Assembly (NCBI GenBank): GCA_016930235.1 | Contig: JAFGHI010000038.1 | Coordinates: forward strand, 34,211-98,210 | Direction of reading: 5' to 3' | Length of the DNA: 64,000 bases | DNA from: Candidatus Omnitrophota bacterium | Lineage (GTDB): Bacteria > Omnitrophota > Omnitrophia > Omnitrophales > Aquincolibacteriaceae | Part shown: one piece after another, positions 1-15,000 of the stretch | Position numbering within the stretch: the first letter of the stretch is position 1 | Layout of the letters: the number at the start of each line of letters is the position of its first letter | Translations under genes and position numbers: made by a program | The notes under the pieces: model-generated | Databases searched by the model: none | What the model was told of the DNA's origin: nothing | Seen by the model: the letters and a program-made list of their open reading frames with translations, nothing else

Positions 1-3000
1 AATCGTATTCCTGTTTCATTTGATTTAAGACATGCTCCGTCCAGAAAGAAACACCGCCCATCATGATGCTGGTCCTGAAATCCCTCTCGAGCCTGTCGAC
101 AACCTGGACAGCGGATTCCAGCTGCGCACGCAACTGATTCGCTTCGGTGCGGATTTCATCTAAGGTCGCATCCTCTCGGATGAGCCCTTCTCCAACAGCC
201 TTCGCCCGATTCGTCTGCCTTACCGCCTGATCCTTTGCAGTATCCAAAACCGAATCCAAAAGGCCCAGATCCTCACGCCAATCAAGGACATCCAGCATGG
301 ATTGACCGAGCATCGCAAAACCTTCTCTCTCGGCAATTTCTTCGAGAGGAATGTCATAACGACCGTTGGAATCCTTAGCCAGAAAATCACCATAGTAATT
401 TTGGATGGTTCCAGGTTCGGAAGGATTTCTCCGGCCTTCTGCAAGGACAAGATGAATAAGTTCAAGATACCCTTTATAGTCATCATAATCGAAATATTGC
501 TCGCGGCTCCTGCGGACCGAATCGTGAGCAGCAACGATATACTGCATCTCCGGTTCATCGATATGTCCGCGTTCCAAGCCCAAGGCTTCCCGGACCTGAT
601 TGACCGATTCGGTTAATTCATAAACGGCTTCTTCTCGATCCCGCGTCGATACTCCGGAATAATTCACCACCCCAACAAAAGACTGCGTCCGTACATCAAA
701 AACCATCTTTTCGACATCATTAACATTCTGAAGGAAGAAATCTTTATTGAGCCGCGGCTTGAGTTCGCCTTCAACATCCACGGAACCCGTTAACAGCCCC
801 TGAGCTAAATGGGGAATTTTCTGAAGCGCAAGCGTCGTCCAAACATACCAGTAACCGTAATAAGTCCCTTCATCCAATCGGATACCAAGGATTTGGTTTA
901 ATCGGGCAAGCTCAGCGATACTTTCAGCATCTGTCTTGCCTTCCAGTTCACTCGCAGCTTGCGCCGCTTCGAGTTGGATGGTTTCCAGCTGCTTTTGCAC
1001 AACACCTTTCGCTTCGTCGTAAACCCTCGGATATTGGATGCCTAAAACATCTCGTACTTCCGGTAAAATCTGGTCGGTTTTCTGCTCAGTGACCTGACCT
1101 TCAAAAGGAGACCCTTCCTCAAGCAAACTCATCAGTTCGCGTTCCGCGGTATCGGCCCCTTCCATTCCCGCGGAAACATCCTTCGCCATTTCATAGAGAA
1201 GTCTTCCAGGCTCCCACAAATAAGAATGGAAAAGGTTACTCTCAAATAATTTCAAGCCTAGGCTGTCTAATGGCGCCAGACTTTGGAAAGTATTTCGTCC
1301 TTCACCATATTGAAGGACATCGGTTAGATTGGCAAACGCTGTTGTCGGCGCACCGACAACAACTTTTTCTCTAATATCACTTTCACGGGCCTTTATCTCC
1401 GCAAGACGGCTTTGGCTTTCCTGCGGGAGTTCTTCGAGTGTCCGTAATGCAGGCTCGCCGATCCCCTCCGCCGTTAGCTTTCTGGAAGCCACTCGTTTCA
1501 TTTCTTTCATGAAGGGAGTTTCCTCAGCCTGACGATCACGATAAAGAGAAGGACGTAACTGTTCCGGTATTTCCACCCCCAAGGTCTCCAAACGCCTCAT
1601 GAACCGTGCATAAGCCACCAGATAATCAACCATTGCCGCACGGTAGCGGACATCAAGATCGAAGGTAGAATTGATGATGTTCTGAATATCGAAAGCGGAA
1701 ATTTTCTGGGCAAGTAATTTTTCCTGTAAGTTGTTGACCTCAGCTTCAAGATTTTCACTCACGGATCGCTGCTGGAGCGTCGTCATTCTCTGGCGGGCAT
1801 GTTTTAAATCAGCCAGCAAGGTTTCAAGTTCTGCTTGCACCTGCATCCTAACTTGCGCACCTTGAGCGTTCAGCTGTTCTTCTGTAATCCTTAAGATTCC
1901 CCTCCGTTGGTCGATCCCGTGTCCAAAAATCTGCCAAATCAGCGAAATTCCGAAGCGAACATCACCCGTAACAGGATGCGGAGCCTCGATATTCAGGTCA
2001 ATATTCGGCACCCATTTTTGATAAACAAGGGCCTCATCGGCAATCTTGATCCGGGCCAGCCGTTCCTGAATAAGCCGGGCCATTGTGTCACGGTCCCACT
2101 CGCCTTTGCCTTCCTGAACTAATCTTTCGAGCAGGTCATCTCCCAATTCAATGCTGTGGAATTCCCGAGGAACAAAAGCATTCACGTCCACGGGAAGTCC
2201 AGCCTGGCTGAGTAAATCATGTAAACCTTCCAGGGCGTTCTCCAAATCGCGCGCCGAGCGAATAAGCTCATTTTCTGCCCGGCGGAGATTCATTCGCCCA
2301 AAATAAACGCCGTCATATCCCCACTGCTGAAGCGAAGAGGCCAATTCTACCGTATCCAAAAGACTCTGAGCTTGTTGATCGCGTGTGCTCAGCAACTCAT
2401 AAACTGCCTTGGCAATTCCGTAACGGGCATAAGCAGTCAAGACCTGTTCACGATGCCCCTTAACCACAGCTTCCTGTTCAATCCCGATTTCCTGCTCCAC
2501 TTGAATCGCTTGACGTTCTGCAGTCTTAAAGAAACTGGCATTTAAAAGCGGGATCGAGAGTTTCAGCGAGGGACGGACATGTTCTCCCCTTTCCGTCAAA
2601 GCAAGCTGAGGAAGTCCGCCGCTTCTGCGCGCAAAAACTTCTGCTTCCGTGTAAGTCGAAAAAGGCAATTCCAATCCACGCTGATACCCTTCAATATTGC
2701 TGACACTTGCATGTACAATTCTTGCATGCTCATTACGTAAACGCCCTTTGACGAGCGCATAAAATCCATCGAGATCCCCCCGGGCCCTGGCGGCGTTGAC
2801 ACTGTCACGAGGCTGAAAATCACGTTCAACCCGCTGTTCAAGATCCAAACTTGATTCCATTCCTAATTTGGCCATCCGGGCCTTTAAGAATGCCAACCGG
2901 TAACCGCTAGCCGCCATATCATCCAGTGTTTGAAGGACAGCATTCTTGGCCCGCGTAACGTCTGCCGTCCTAACGGATCCAAGGACAAAAAGATCCTCGA

Positions 3001-6000
3001 GACGATCCACTTCATCTTGCTGAACTCCCAGAAACTCTTCGGCCAATCGATACTGTGCATAGGTCGTCTCATAGAGATTCTGAATAAGACGCTGCTGTTG
3101 ATGTTGCACGGCCCGCTGACGATCAAGTTGAAGGAAAAACTGATCAACCTCATTTTCAAGGAGCCGGATTTGATTTCTCCTGTCTTGGAGATACCGGTTG
3201 GCCCCGCTGAGTTCATTAATAAGAGGGATAAATTTAAGAATTTCCGCCTTGATATTTTCCGGAATATCAAAACCAAAAAGAAATCCCAGACCGCTTACAC
3301 CATGCATCGAACTATTCATCCAATTATCAAAGCCAAACTTGATTTTCCACGGCTCTCCGGCCTTCACTTCGGAGATCCTTGCCTGAAGCATTTGGGCTTG
3401 CAAAAGAAGCAGGTCGCTTTGCGCGAAAGGATAGACATCACCGCTTAAGATATGATTGAGTTCTTCAAAGACTTCGCGTATTTTTCTTTGTTTGGCATTA
3501 AATTTCTCACCGTCCGCTCGGGCGTATTCCTGGCGGAGGACGTCTAACGTCATCAAGAGCCTCAGAATAAAGTCGGGAGTTTTGACACCCGCTTCAAGAC
3601 TCATCACACCATCTTCTTCGGTTAACTTTCGAACATCGTCCAGCAAATCATCAACGCGAGCATCAGCATCTTCCTGAATACGATTATTGATTGCCCCAAT
3701 CTTATTACGGATCATCATCTCAAGGATTCGATCGCGAACTTGGTCGGCTTCACGATGGGAAGGATTTTTAGTAAGGACAAGGCGGGCGGTCGATAAGGCA
3801 TCTTCATATTCACCTTCCCCTTCCAGGGAACGCGCACGCTCCATCAAGGCCCCCTGCAGGGCATCACTTTGAGGATACTGCTTCAGCCCACGGCTTAAAA
3901 TTCCGACTGCGGCCTTATCTGTAGATGCTCTGGAGGCCTGATCCATAACAGCTTGTATCTCCTGTCCCGAAGCCCGTAAAGTCTCGACTTGCTCAACCGT
4001 TTTTTGGACATTCGCTATTTCTTCCTGTTCTCGCCTCTTCGCAATGAGGGAATCAACCGTAGTATCGTATCTTTTAACAGCCTTTTTGGCCGCTTCCACT
4101 TTTGCATGGTTACTAAAAGCATCGGGAATATGATCCAGCAACCTCTCGATTTGAAGCACAATCTCCCTCATTTCGGAGGGGTCGGCTTTTTTTTCTTCCA
4201 TATAAGAAAAATTTTCTTGCAGCGCCTGGATCCTGAGGATATCCGCGCGTCCACGGGCATCATCATTCACATATCGAACCTCGTTGATCACTGACAGGAC
4301 ATTCTGGAAATCTTGATCTTTCGTTAACCCGCGGGTAATCATCAATTCTGCCAGCCGCCAATGAGCTTCATTGGATATTTGGATAAAATCCCAATTCATC
4401 TCCAAATAAGGCTTGAGCCCCCCTAAAATATTACGATTGAATTTTTCAAAATCCCGCATCCGCCAATCGGAATCACTTTCCTTAAGCCGGATCACGTCAA
4501 GCGCTTGCTCAAGCCCATCCCGGGGAGTCAATCCCAGCTCGGAATAAATCTTTTCAAACATCACGTTTTCCACAACGGTCAGATTCTGTCGGGCCTTTTC
4601 CTGGGCTTCCCCCTCCGAGGCAACAAGAAGCTGTTGATAGCCACGGTAAAGCGCGCCTAAATCCTCGGCCGTCATCGATCGAAGACCCCGCCTCTGCATT
4701 TTCTCCAGGCGGTCTTCCAAAACGATGCGCTGCGCCTCGAGCGTTTCCGCCAACCCCACCTCTTCATTTTCCGATGAGACAACCATCTTGCGAAGCATCC
4801 GATAGGACTCGAGCCATCCTTCTTCCGAGCGGTTAAGCTGCAAGACCAGATCTTTGAGACCGGCCAATTCATAAAGTTGTCCCAATTGCTTTTCATCCAT
4901 GGATTCCTGAAGCTCCAAAAGATCAGATATGCTTTGCGCTTGCACTTGAAGAACCGGTTGGAGATTCTTCTCTAACTGCTGAATCCGGCTCACCGCGATT
5001 TGACGGGTATTTGCAATCACACTTTGAGCCACATTAAGATTTTCCTCGGCCGACTCGGTACGCAAATAGTCACTTCTTTTTTCGTAATCCCATTGAAAAA
5101 GGAAGTCCATGACATCCCTAAAATCAACTTTATCGCGAATTGTCACAAGGACGCGGGCCCATTCGTTCTGCATCCGCGCAAGTTCCGCTCCGACCTGCAC
5201 CTTTCCATAAGGACTATCGGCCAGCTGAAAAAGACCTCTTAATTCAACCACAGCCGACTCGTAATCCGCTGTGGACAGATAACTTCTCTCGTGGATATCC
5301 TGCAGACGTTTCTGAACGAACGCCCGGTTCATCGGCGAGAATTGCTCCGCAAGATCCGCATCAAGGCTTCTTGTGATCGAGGCTTTGGCGCGCAGGAGAT
5401 TCTCCGTTGTTCGATTCGCCTCGACTTGCAGGTAGTCAAGCCAAATATTGCCGCTTTGTTTGAATAGATCCAAGGACGCTTGAACCTCAATCGCATCATC
5501 GAGAAGCCGCAGGGCTTCAGAATAATACCCTTGCTCGGCTTGGCGGAGTCCATCGGATCGGAACCGCTTCGCTAATTCGAGCCGGGCCGTTCTTTCTTCC
5601 CGGGAATGCTGCGTCCATTGATCGAGGAATTCCTGAGCTACTTCACGGGCCTCTTCAGTCCCAATCTCAAAAAGACCTGTCACAACGAGTTTTGCCTGAT
5701 TCAAATGTTCGCGCGCCAGGTTTAATCCTTCGGGCGTTGTAAGGTTAGCGTTATAAGCAATGCCGACATGCTGCACAAATTGATGCTGGCGGATATAAAC
5801 ATTGTCGGGATACTTCTGGGCCAATAAAGCGAATTCCTGGATCTGACGGCCCTCATCCTTGATTTTCTTGATCCTCTCAACCTCCCGGTTGATTTCATAA
5901 ATTTCAGCCGACGGCTGCTCGACAATAGCATCGCGATAGACTTTTCTCATTTGATACAGACCTTGAAGAAGATGATCTTTCTCTTCGATTGTAATGCGGC

Positions 6001-9000
6001 GGGATTTTTGGATTTGAATTTCAAGGTCTTCCAATAAGGCACCAACTCTATTCAAGGCTTCTTCGCCCTCCACCTTAAGTCCCGTTACTTCTCCAGCTTC
6101 ATTAAATTCAAAATATTGGCTGTAAGCCTGCAAAACAGTCGTGGCATCAAAAGCTAACGCCGCATCAACATCAATTTCACCGGTTGTTTCGTCGCGAGCG
6201 AATTTCGCATCCGGGTTGAGTCCGATAAATGACTTCAAATCCACTTCCATCCCTTTACGGTCCGCGATCAGCCGCTCCAACTGATATTCTTTTTCGGCAA
6301 GCGAAATCCCCAAAGATTGCCTTTCGTCCGAATCTCTTGCCGTCCGAATCTGCTCGCCAATTACATCAACATCCCGCCTGACTTGCCGAATAACATTCTG
6401 GATTTCTCCGATCCTTACAAAATGCTCAGCAATATTCAGGTTCATAAGATCATCGGCATCTTCAAAACGGAGACTAGCTTCCTCGACACCCAATCTTAAC
6501 CGCTCTACACGCGCCGGACGCGCAGGGTCATAAACCACAATACTTAAAACGAGCGACCACGTGAGAATACCCTCATCGAAGAAATGACTTAATGAGCTTT
6601 CTGTCGATTTTGTAAGATTGAACACACCCCCGATCGACGCGTCCAGCTCAATCCCTCTCAAGAAGGCATTAATGAAATTCGCCTCGTTTCGATAACGCTG
6701 CTGGGCAGTCGCAAGACGCTCATGCAAGGGCTTGAGAACATGATTGGCCTTCGCCATCGCTGAAAGACTATCGACCGTTACCTCGATAGAACCCTCTTGT
6801 CCGGCCCCCGCCGTTCGGACCTTAAGCAGGCCTTCATCCTGAGCACGTTTATAAGCCGTTTGCGTCAGTTCCCGCTGGATAATTTCGGTTTCCGTTCTGC
6901 GATAATCATCAAGAATCCGGAAATATTGATTAATAACATCCAATCTTTTCTGAGGCTGCGCAACAGGATCGCCGAGAACTTCCTCTCGCCTACTCGCAGC
7001 TTTTTCAAGGGCCGCTTCTTGTAGTTTTAAAATACCTCCCGCATCAGTCAACATACGGTCATTTTTAACCGCTTCATCTGAAAAACGTTGAATGGCCCGT
7101 TCCATTTCAATGCGCGCGGTCATCCATTCACGGATCCTGATCTGATTCTCATCATATAAACGCTTACCAATCTTTGCGCGAATAACGGGTTCCAATCGAA
7201 AAATGGTTCCATAAGTATTCATCTCCGTTAAACGCGTGATATCGACAAAGAAATCGATGACGGCTTGGAATTCAACAAGGCCTCCCAAGATGCTTCGATC
7301 CAGCCCCGCTTCAGCACGGTCAAGCCGGCGCTGGATCGTCTTAATCTCGGCCATAAGCTTTCCATCGAGTCCAGCCGCCCGCCACATGGTTTTCAATCCT
7401 TCCAACGCCGTCGCTGCTCCGTTGTCGAGGATCTTATCCAGGTCCCCATCGTAAAGCATATCCAAATGACGTCTCAAATTCTGAGCGCGGTGCTCTTGAA
7501 CCATGATCTCATCATCCAGAATTTCCAATTGCTGTCTGAAGAAATTGGCCCTCTCGCGTGAAATTCGACCCGCCAAGAGCCGGTCCAACGCTTCGTCGGT
7601 CACAGCTGCCTGATATTGTTTAAGCTGCGAATTCAAGTCTTCCCTCTTTGCTTCCAGATCTTGGATGCGCACTTTTAAAGCCTGCATTTCTCTCAGGCCG
7701 TCGATGAAATCTCGTTCAACGTTCCTTTTGACCTGCCCCAAGAGTCTTTCGATATCCTGCTGAATCTTCAGCTGCTTTTCGGTCCTGCTTTGATTCGTGT
7801 CAAAAATAAGGATCCGACCCACCAAGGCAATTTGAAGAATGGGTTCGTAAAGGACATCTTCGACATCCACGCCGTCCACCATGGATTCAGCCGCAATCGC
7901 CTGCAAGATAGCAAATTCCTTTGAATTAAAAATATTTAAACCGCTTTCGTTGGCGCGGGCACGCATGTCATTCACTTTGTCCTTGATCTTGACCATTTGA
8001 TTGACGAGGGCAATCACATTCGCCTTCGAACTTGAGACGCCCACATCACGCAGCATCTTGGCAATTTCGGCATGGTCTAGCGCCAAGGTAGTCAAAAGTC
8101 CATTGGCCTGCCGCATAAAATCCTCATCGCTCGTCAGGAAATCATAGAACTCGGTTTCACTGGAAGCACCCACAAGTTCGCGAAAACGGCTATTGAGAAG
8201 ACCATCCACAAGATTAAAGAACGTACCCGCATGAACAGCTTCACGCTCAGGAAATTTCAAATAGGTTTCATTGCCCCTTAAGACGACCGAATCGGCATAA
8301 AATAGGAGCAGACCCTGCAGTTCTTCGTTCTTGTACAAAATCGTATTGAACAACTCGTTTTCGGCAAGCGTGAGGAAAGCTTGTTCTGAAGTTAAAAAGA
8401 CTAAATTATCAATCACTTCTCTCGACGAAATCGGTTCGGCTTCCACGCCACCAACGACAACGCCCGGCCCCCTCTCAGCTCTCCGCTGTTCTAAATCCGC
8501 GATTCTTTCCTCGGTCAATCCTTCCTGAATCACCTCAGCCAATAAAGGAATCTCCATCAAACGGGAAATTCCCTCGGCATAATCACCAATCGATATCTCA
8601 CGGATGGCGTACCCCTTCTCATTCAGGATTGGGACGACTTTCTCCCCTTGTTCATTGGTCCGTACTCTTTCAGCGAGGAAAATTGTAAAATCGACAACTC
8701 TAAGGTCCGCATTCTCGAAATACTGCCGGATGGACGAATCGGATGCAGGATCAATCTGAATCCCGCCCGTAATCGGATCCACTTTAAGTCCAAGGGCATC
8801 TTGCACATCAGGATCCGAAAGAAGGGATCCGATATTCTCGAACGTTTGCATCACATTATAGGTTTCTGCAACCAAGAAACGTTCCCCGTCGCGTTCTTCG
8901 ATGTCACGGCCAACTCTCGCCTCACGAAGTCCCATACGGTTCACCAAAGTAATCATGGAGGGCACATTCTCATTTAAGAAATAAGATGCATTAGGATTCG

Positions 9001-12000
9001 AAGGATCAAACGTAGCCGTTTCCGGATCAATCCCAAGAAATTCGATGGTCCTGGGATCCTGCATCATGGCCGCAAATCCGTGGGCCGCATCCATCAAATT
9101 ATAGGTAAAACTGAGATTCCCGATCGCTTTGGTCACCAACACATCCCCATCAGCCGTCGTTTGGAGATCTCCCGTCACCATGTAGCCAAGAAGAGAACCA
9201 AACCCACCGGGAAATTCATTCAAAATCGCTTGAATCCCAACATTCGAACTTTGAAACTTTCCATTCTCGAACGTAACCCCAAGCGCATCGCGAAAATCGC
9301 CCACAAGGATTCCGACGAGGTCTGAAAGCCTTTCGGAAGCATTCACCACGGTATTCGAGGAAAACCGGATCTCACCCGTCATTTCATCAAAGGTCGAAGC
9401 TCCCGGCAACATCATATTGACGATGCTTAAAATTGAACCGTCGGAAATGATCTGATTGACCTCTTCGAGTCCCGAAACCCACTGAAGATCCTGGTCGTTG
9501 TAAGAAATTTGAAGGATATGACGAAAAGCCGGGGATTCCACAAGATCAATGAGCGATTGAACCCTCTCGGCAAGATTAATCTCATTTCCTCCGGGATAAA
9601 TAAGTCGATTTGTCTCTTTCTCATAAATTCCATTACCCGCTAAAAGGTAGCCTTCCAGAAAACCCAGGAATCCGCCTTGAAATTGGTATCCCGATGGCAA
9701 TTGCAACGTACCAATGCCAAAATCGCCGAAAATCCTTCTTAATGTCTGACTGGTGATTTCCAATTGCCCGGTCGACGGATCAAGCACAAGGCCGATGGAG
9801 GATCGAATCTGAGGGTCCTCAAAAATATCCGCTACAAGATCAGCCATATTCTGGAGCTGTTCGGTCGCATTGACAACATCTCCCCCGGAAGGCCGGAGAA
9901 TAATTTCACCGCTTGTGACATTAATCTCCAACTCGCCTTTTGAGATGTGATCGAGATAACGAATGAGCCCAGCGCTATTTCCGAAGATGGCATCCAGCGC
10001 ACGCCCATTGGGCTGAGTCGTATCAAAACCAAGATCCTGCTCGATATTGAATTGGGCCCGGAAAGCATCAAATCCGGAATTGAGTAACGTGCTGAAAACT
10101 TGGGTTTGAGCACTGGGATTAAATCGAAAGAAAACATCCCCGGTCACATCATCAAAATAAAAATCCCCGCGGCCCGAAGCGAAATAGTTCAACCACATGG
10201 AATAGACAACCGCGGGATTGCCGAGACGATAATCAGCTTTCAACTCATCCCAGAGGCGGTCCAGTTTTTCCATGTCAGCGATAAACTTCAGAACAATATC
10301 TTTGTAGACAGTTTCAAGATCGGGACGTGATGGGTTTGCGACATCCAGCATGATGGCATTTTCAATGCTATCGATAACTTCCTGCAACTCCACTTCGCCA
10401 CGATTGCCCTCGGCGTTATACCGATAAGCATGATGAACAGCGGTCCCATTTTCTCCGACTTCACTCGTCAAAACATATTCATTCGTTTGCCCTGACTCCT
10501 CGATATCAAAGGCACTTGGCCCCTGGACCTCAATTGATGCGGGATGGGTATGAATCGAGAGCGAGGCTTTTTCAAGCAATTGGCGAACGGGGCCATACGT
10601 TTCGATTTCAACCGCCGATTCATTACCGCTCGAGAAGACAAGTACTTCACCATAAAGGACTGCTATCCCGATTTCATTGGGAAGCTGTTGTAACCGTTCA
10701 AGCTCTTGAGCGGTTGGCGCTTCGGATAAAACCACCGCAAGAGGTCGGTCCAGGGCAAGCAGAATTTCTGCATCCTCAAAATTGTATCTTTCCGCTGCTA
10801 AGCCGATTTGCTTTATCATCTCCTCGGAACGATAAATTCCGAGAGACGCTTCGAGGTTTGCTTGTATTTCGTCGTATCCTTCCCCGGCATCGATCGCCTT
10901 GGCATAATCGTTTAATAAACCCCGTATTTCGTCAGAAACCGTGGGAAGACGATCGATTCTAATTTCGTACTCGGTATAGCGTCTTTGATGATCAAAAATA
11001 TCCCGCGCTTTCCGGAGTTCTTCAAGCCGCCCCGGCGTTCCGTCATAGGACTCGACCGCTTTGCGGTAGGTTTCAAAACGCTTAACCAGCTCCGTTCGGC
11101 GGGACAACAGACCTCCTTCTTTCAGCAAATCTTCAATCTTCAAAAAGGCGGCCCGCGCTTCTTCGTAATATGTAATATCGTTCTCAAACGCGACGATAAG
11201 CCCTTCCACAAGATTCAACGGGGCGGACAACTGTTTCTCATCCATGCCTCCGACAATTTGAACCTGCTCACCGATTTGACCGAGAAGCCTCTCAAGATGC
11301 CCTTGATTGATCTCAAACCCGACTTCTTTTGCCCTAAGATAAAGGACAAGAGACGGCGCCAATTGTGCGTACGCGTGGCCGGCCAAAACAACCTGATTCA
11401 CCAAACGATTAAGCCCAGTTTCATCCCCTTCACGAACTGCCTGTTGGAACCGAGTCTGAACATCCTCCATCCAAGGAACTTCCAGGCCCAACGTTTCGAA
11501 ATTCCGGTTAGCCTCTTCGATAACATTCACTAAGGCAATGGCATTTTGTATGGACGATTGGACAGCATCCGGAGAAACACCTTCGGGCCCTTCGATGCCC
11601 CCAGTATCAATGGGAGGTCCCGTCACAATTTGAATATCATTTAGAAAATCCGCAAGATATTTGCCGTGAAAAGCCGGCGGGACATCCTCCTGAACGGCCC
11701 GGCGGATTCCTACCCATTCGCCGCGCGGCGTTCGTCCCATAAACATATCCGATATCGCCCAATTAATCTGAAGTGTTAACTGGAAACGCCGCTGCAAAAC
11801 TTCTTCATATCGCAACTTGGCCTTTCCTACTTCACCTTCATAAATAATATCTTCGATCACTCTCGCCTGGCTGGTCCCCAGGGATTCCATGAATTCCTGA
11901 ACGAACGTATCATCAGGTCCTCGGGGCCGGACCATCCCTGCCCCCAAAGCGACCATACCGCCGCCTTGAATCACGCTGCGAATTTCAAAAGGCGCCTCGG

Positions 12001-15000
12001 ATTCCATCGGCTTTAGAGGCGCTATTAAAGCCGGTTGAAGAACCTCTGAACCCATGGACTGAACTTCGCGCCCTAAGGCTTCGTACCGATCCCGGTACTT
12101 TTCAATCGCACCCGGATTGTAACGCTGAATAATCTGAAGCAAACGATATTCGATTAAATCTTGATGCTCTTCGGAAATCTCCTGATGAGGGGGCAAACCC
12201 ATATTCGCCATCAATCGGCGCGTAAAAATAATCAGATTCAACTCCCGAATCGCCTTCTGTTCTTCCACCCTCTCCTCTTCATTTTTTCCAAGCGTCTGAT
12301 ACCTTTCTATCCGCTCACGCGTCACTTCATCCTGAGGCTCTGCACCGGAAGGAAAAACAATATTCCAAAGGTCATCGGCGTAGTCAGCTGCCCGTTGAGG
12401 ATCTTCGGTCAGCAGGAATTCAAACCCTTGGCTTGCCGACACAGCATAGTCCTCCAATTTCACAACGTGGGGACCTTCCTTAGGACGCCCTTCGGCAAAG
12501 TCTCTGGCGATACGCTGCCGTTCTATCTCAGCAGCATCTGGAATTAATGGCAGAGGCTTCCGGGGCATATCAGGCGTTGAAACAGGTTCTTCAGGCACCT
12601 GGGGCTCTTGGGGGGGTTGATCAACATCCGTCTGAGGACCACGAAATAGGGAATCAAGATATTCACGGAAAGTCGGCAATTGCGGTCCAGTAGGTTCGAC
12701 AGGCTCAATCTCAGGGGTTTCAGGAACAGAAGGTTCAGTAACTTTCTTCTGTAAACCGTCTATGGCATACGCCATCCCTTGAAACACCCGGCGCGCCTCT
12801 TCTCCCCGCAACGTTAGTTCAGGTCTTTGTATTTGTGCCTCGACCTGGTTAAGAGCATCCCGCAAACCGGCAACGTCGTACCCCTGGGCATCTTTCTTAT
12901 CAATTCTATATTCCGTATCAGCAACCATCAGAAGGAGCTGAAGCCGTTCATGCTCCTGATCTCGGAAGGATTGAACATCAACTTTTCCCTCCCCAATATC
13001 CGTCAGGAGACGAGCAACATCCGTCCCGTCCCAACCCTCCCACTTAGGACTTTGTTGATGCTCTGCTAGAACCCTTTGGGCATGCTGAAAATCTTGAACA
13101 TCTCTTGAACTCCAGCCCGATAATGCAAGATCCCCCGCCTGAGTATGGAGTCCAGCGACTCCCATGACACGAGCTGTCATACGCATCACGGTTCCGGACA
13201 CATCAAGTCCTGTTAGCTCCTCCGCCTTTCCTAAGAGCCAATGCCCCCAGTTCATCGCCCTGCGTTCGGCAAAGACAACAGGATGCGAAAAAAAGGTTAT
13301 ATCAACGGGTTTTTCTCTAATAAGTGAAACTGCTTTTGAAAGCCCCTTATCTATAAGTTGGGATAGCCCCATTTGTCCCGGAGCTTCTCCTCCGGCAAGC
13401 AGCGCAATTTCAGCACCAACGATCAACATCCCGCAAACACTGCTGATATAAGCCCGATAAAAAGCGAAACTGCGGAGAGATCTGAGAATACCCATAAGAG
13501 GAGCAACGATTTTTTGCTGAAACAAAGAAGGCGCTTGGATACTCGGCGGTGCCCGTGCCGGGGTTTGCTCAAGAGGCTGACTCCGCAACTTCTGCAATTC
13601 CTGTTGGAGCAGGGATTCTAAATACTCTCGCTGAGGATCCGCGGTATAACGGATATGCGGCAGAAGTGCCTCGATCTCTTGAATAAATTCGATCTTCTCA
13701 CCAGCTTCTAACGACTCGGAAGCCACAACGCCTTCAACAATTTCACGAAGGCTGACATAATCCAACGATTGGATATTTGATTTTAGCTTCGAGAGCTGAG
13801 ACACAATTGTTTGGTCAAGACGCATCTTCGTAAATCGGGCTGAAAAATTTGGGATAGTTAACATGAAAGACAACAAAGCCGTATTGCTGAAGGATGACAG
13901 CGTAAAGGCATTCACAAAAGCCGCGACTGTGATACCCAAAACCGGAACTTTCTCTGTCAATCCAAGTAAGAAAGGGGCATAACCTCCAAGCAAATTGACT
14001 CCCGCAAGACCCGCCGGCATCAAAATCGTGATGAGTCCCATTCCAATGGCGCTAAAAAGTGCCATTTTCCAGCGTTTCTGAATAAACTGAATCGTAGGAA
14101 TAAGAAAGGGTTGCAAAAGTAATTTATCCAATATCCGGTAGCTATAACCAAGCACATGCTGACCATATTGGACTTGATTTAAAACCGAAACGACAGGTTG
14201 ATGTCGCAAAAATATGTGATAAACCCCTCGCTCAACCAGTGTCCCTTGCTGCCAATCCAGAAAAGAACGCCCAAAATTAGGCTTTGTCGCAGCGATCATG
14301 GCCCCCGCCAAGGTCTCAGCAGCCAATCCACGCGGAAGTTCATCGACTTCCAAAAACCCAAAATCCCTTCCGAACAAACTCCCTTTTAGATAACGCAACC
14401 AGTGAAATTTCAACTTTCGGCGATAAAAGCTATAGAAGAATTGATCCAAAAGTTTCGGCCCAGCTAAGAGGACCCAACGCATCGGACGCCAAAAAGGACT
14501 GATAATCTTGTCAGCCCAAATACCGTACTTCTTTTCCGGCTTCCTCTGCAAATCCTGCTGAACATAATAAGCCTCACGGGCCTTTATCAGCTGATGAAGC
14601 ACATACCGCCACTGCTCGATTGAGGCATCCAAGGAAAGACCCGTCACCTGACTTAACGTCACCAAATCCGACTGATTAAATCCAAACTCCTTTTGAATCC
14701 GCTTGAAGATCTTCTTGGCGGGAACATCCACAGAAAACGATGAAACAATAGGTAAACCTGTTACTTGACTTCTTAGACGTCTGGCCAAAATCTTCCGAAT
14801 CGCACCCTGCAAAGTCATGGGGTACTGAGCCACATCTTCTTCGGACAATGGACTTTCTCTCATAGTAGGAATCTCAAAACCCTCTATGGAAAGAATCTCC
14901 TCTGGTTGAAGCTCGCTAGAAACTTCTTCAGGTTGAGGCTCGCTAGAAATTTCTTCGGGTTGCTCACGACGAACGCTAACAACTTCTAGATCCGAAAGCA

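Noticed and set aside
14885-14970. Possible CRISPR-like direct repeats.
   Set aside because: There are only about 2.3 contiguous copies of a 27-nt unit with no spacers, and they are in frame within a coding region. This is a coding tandem repeat, not a CRISPR array.
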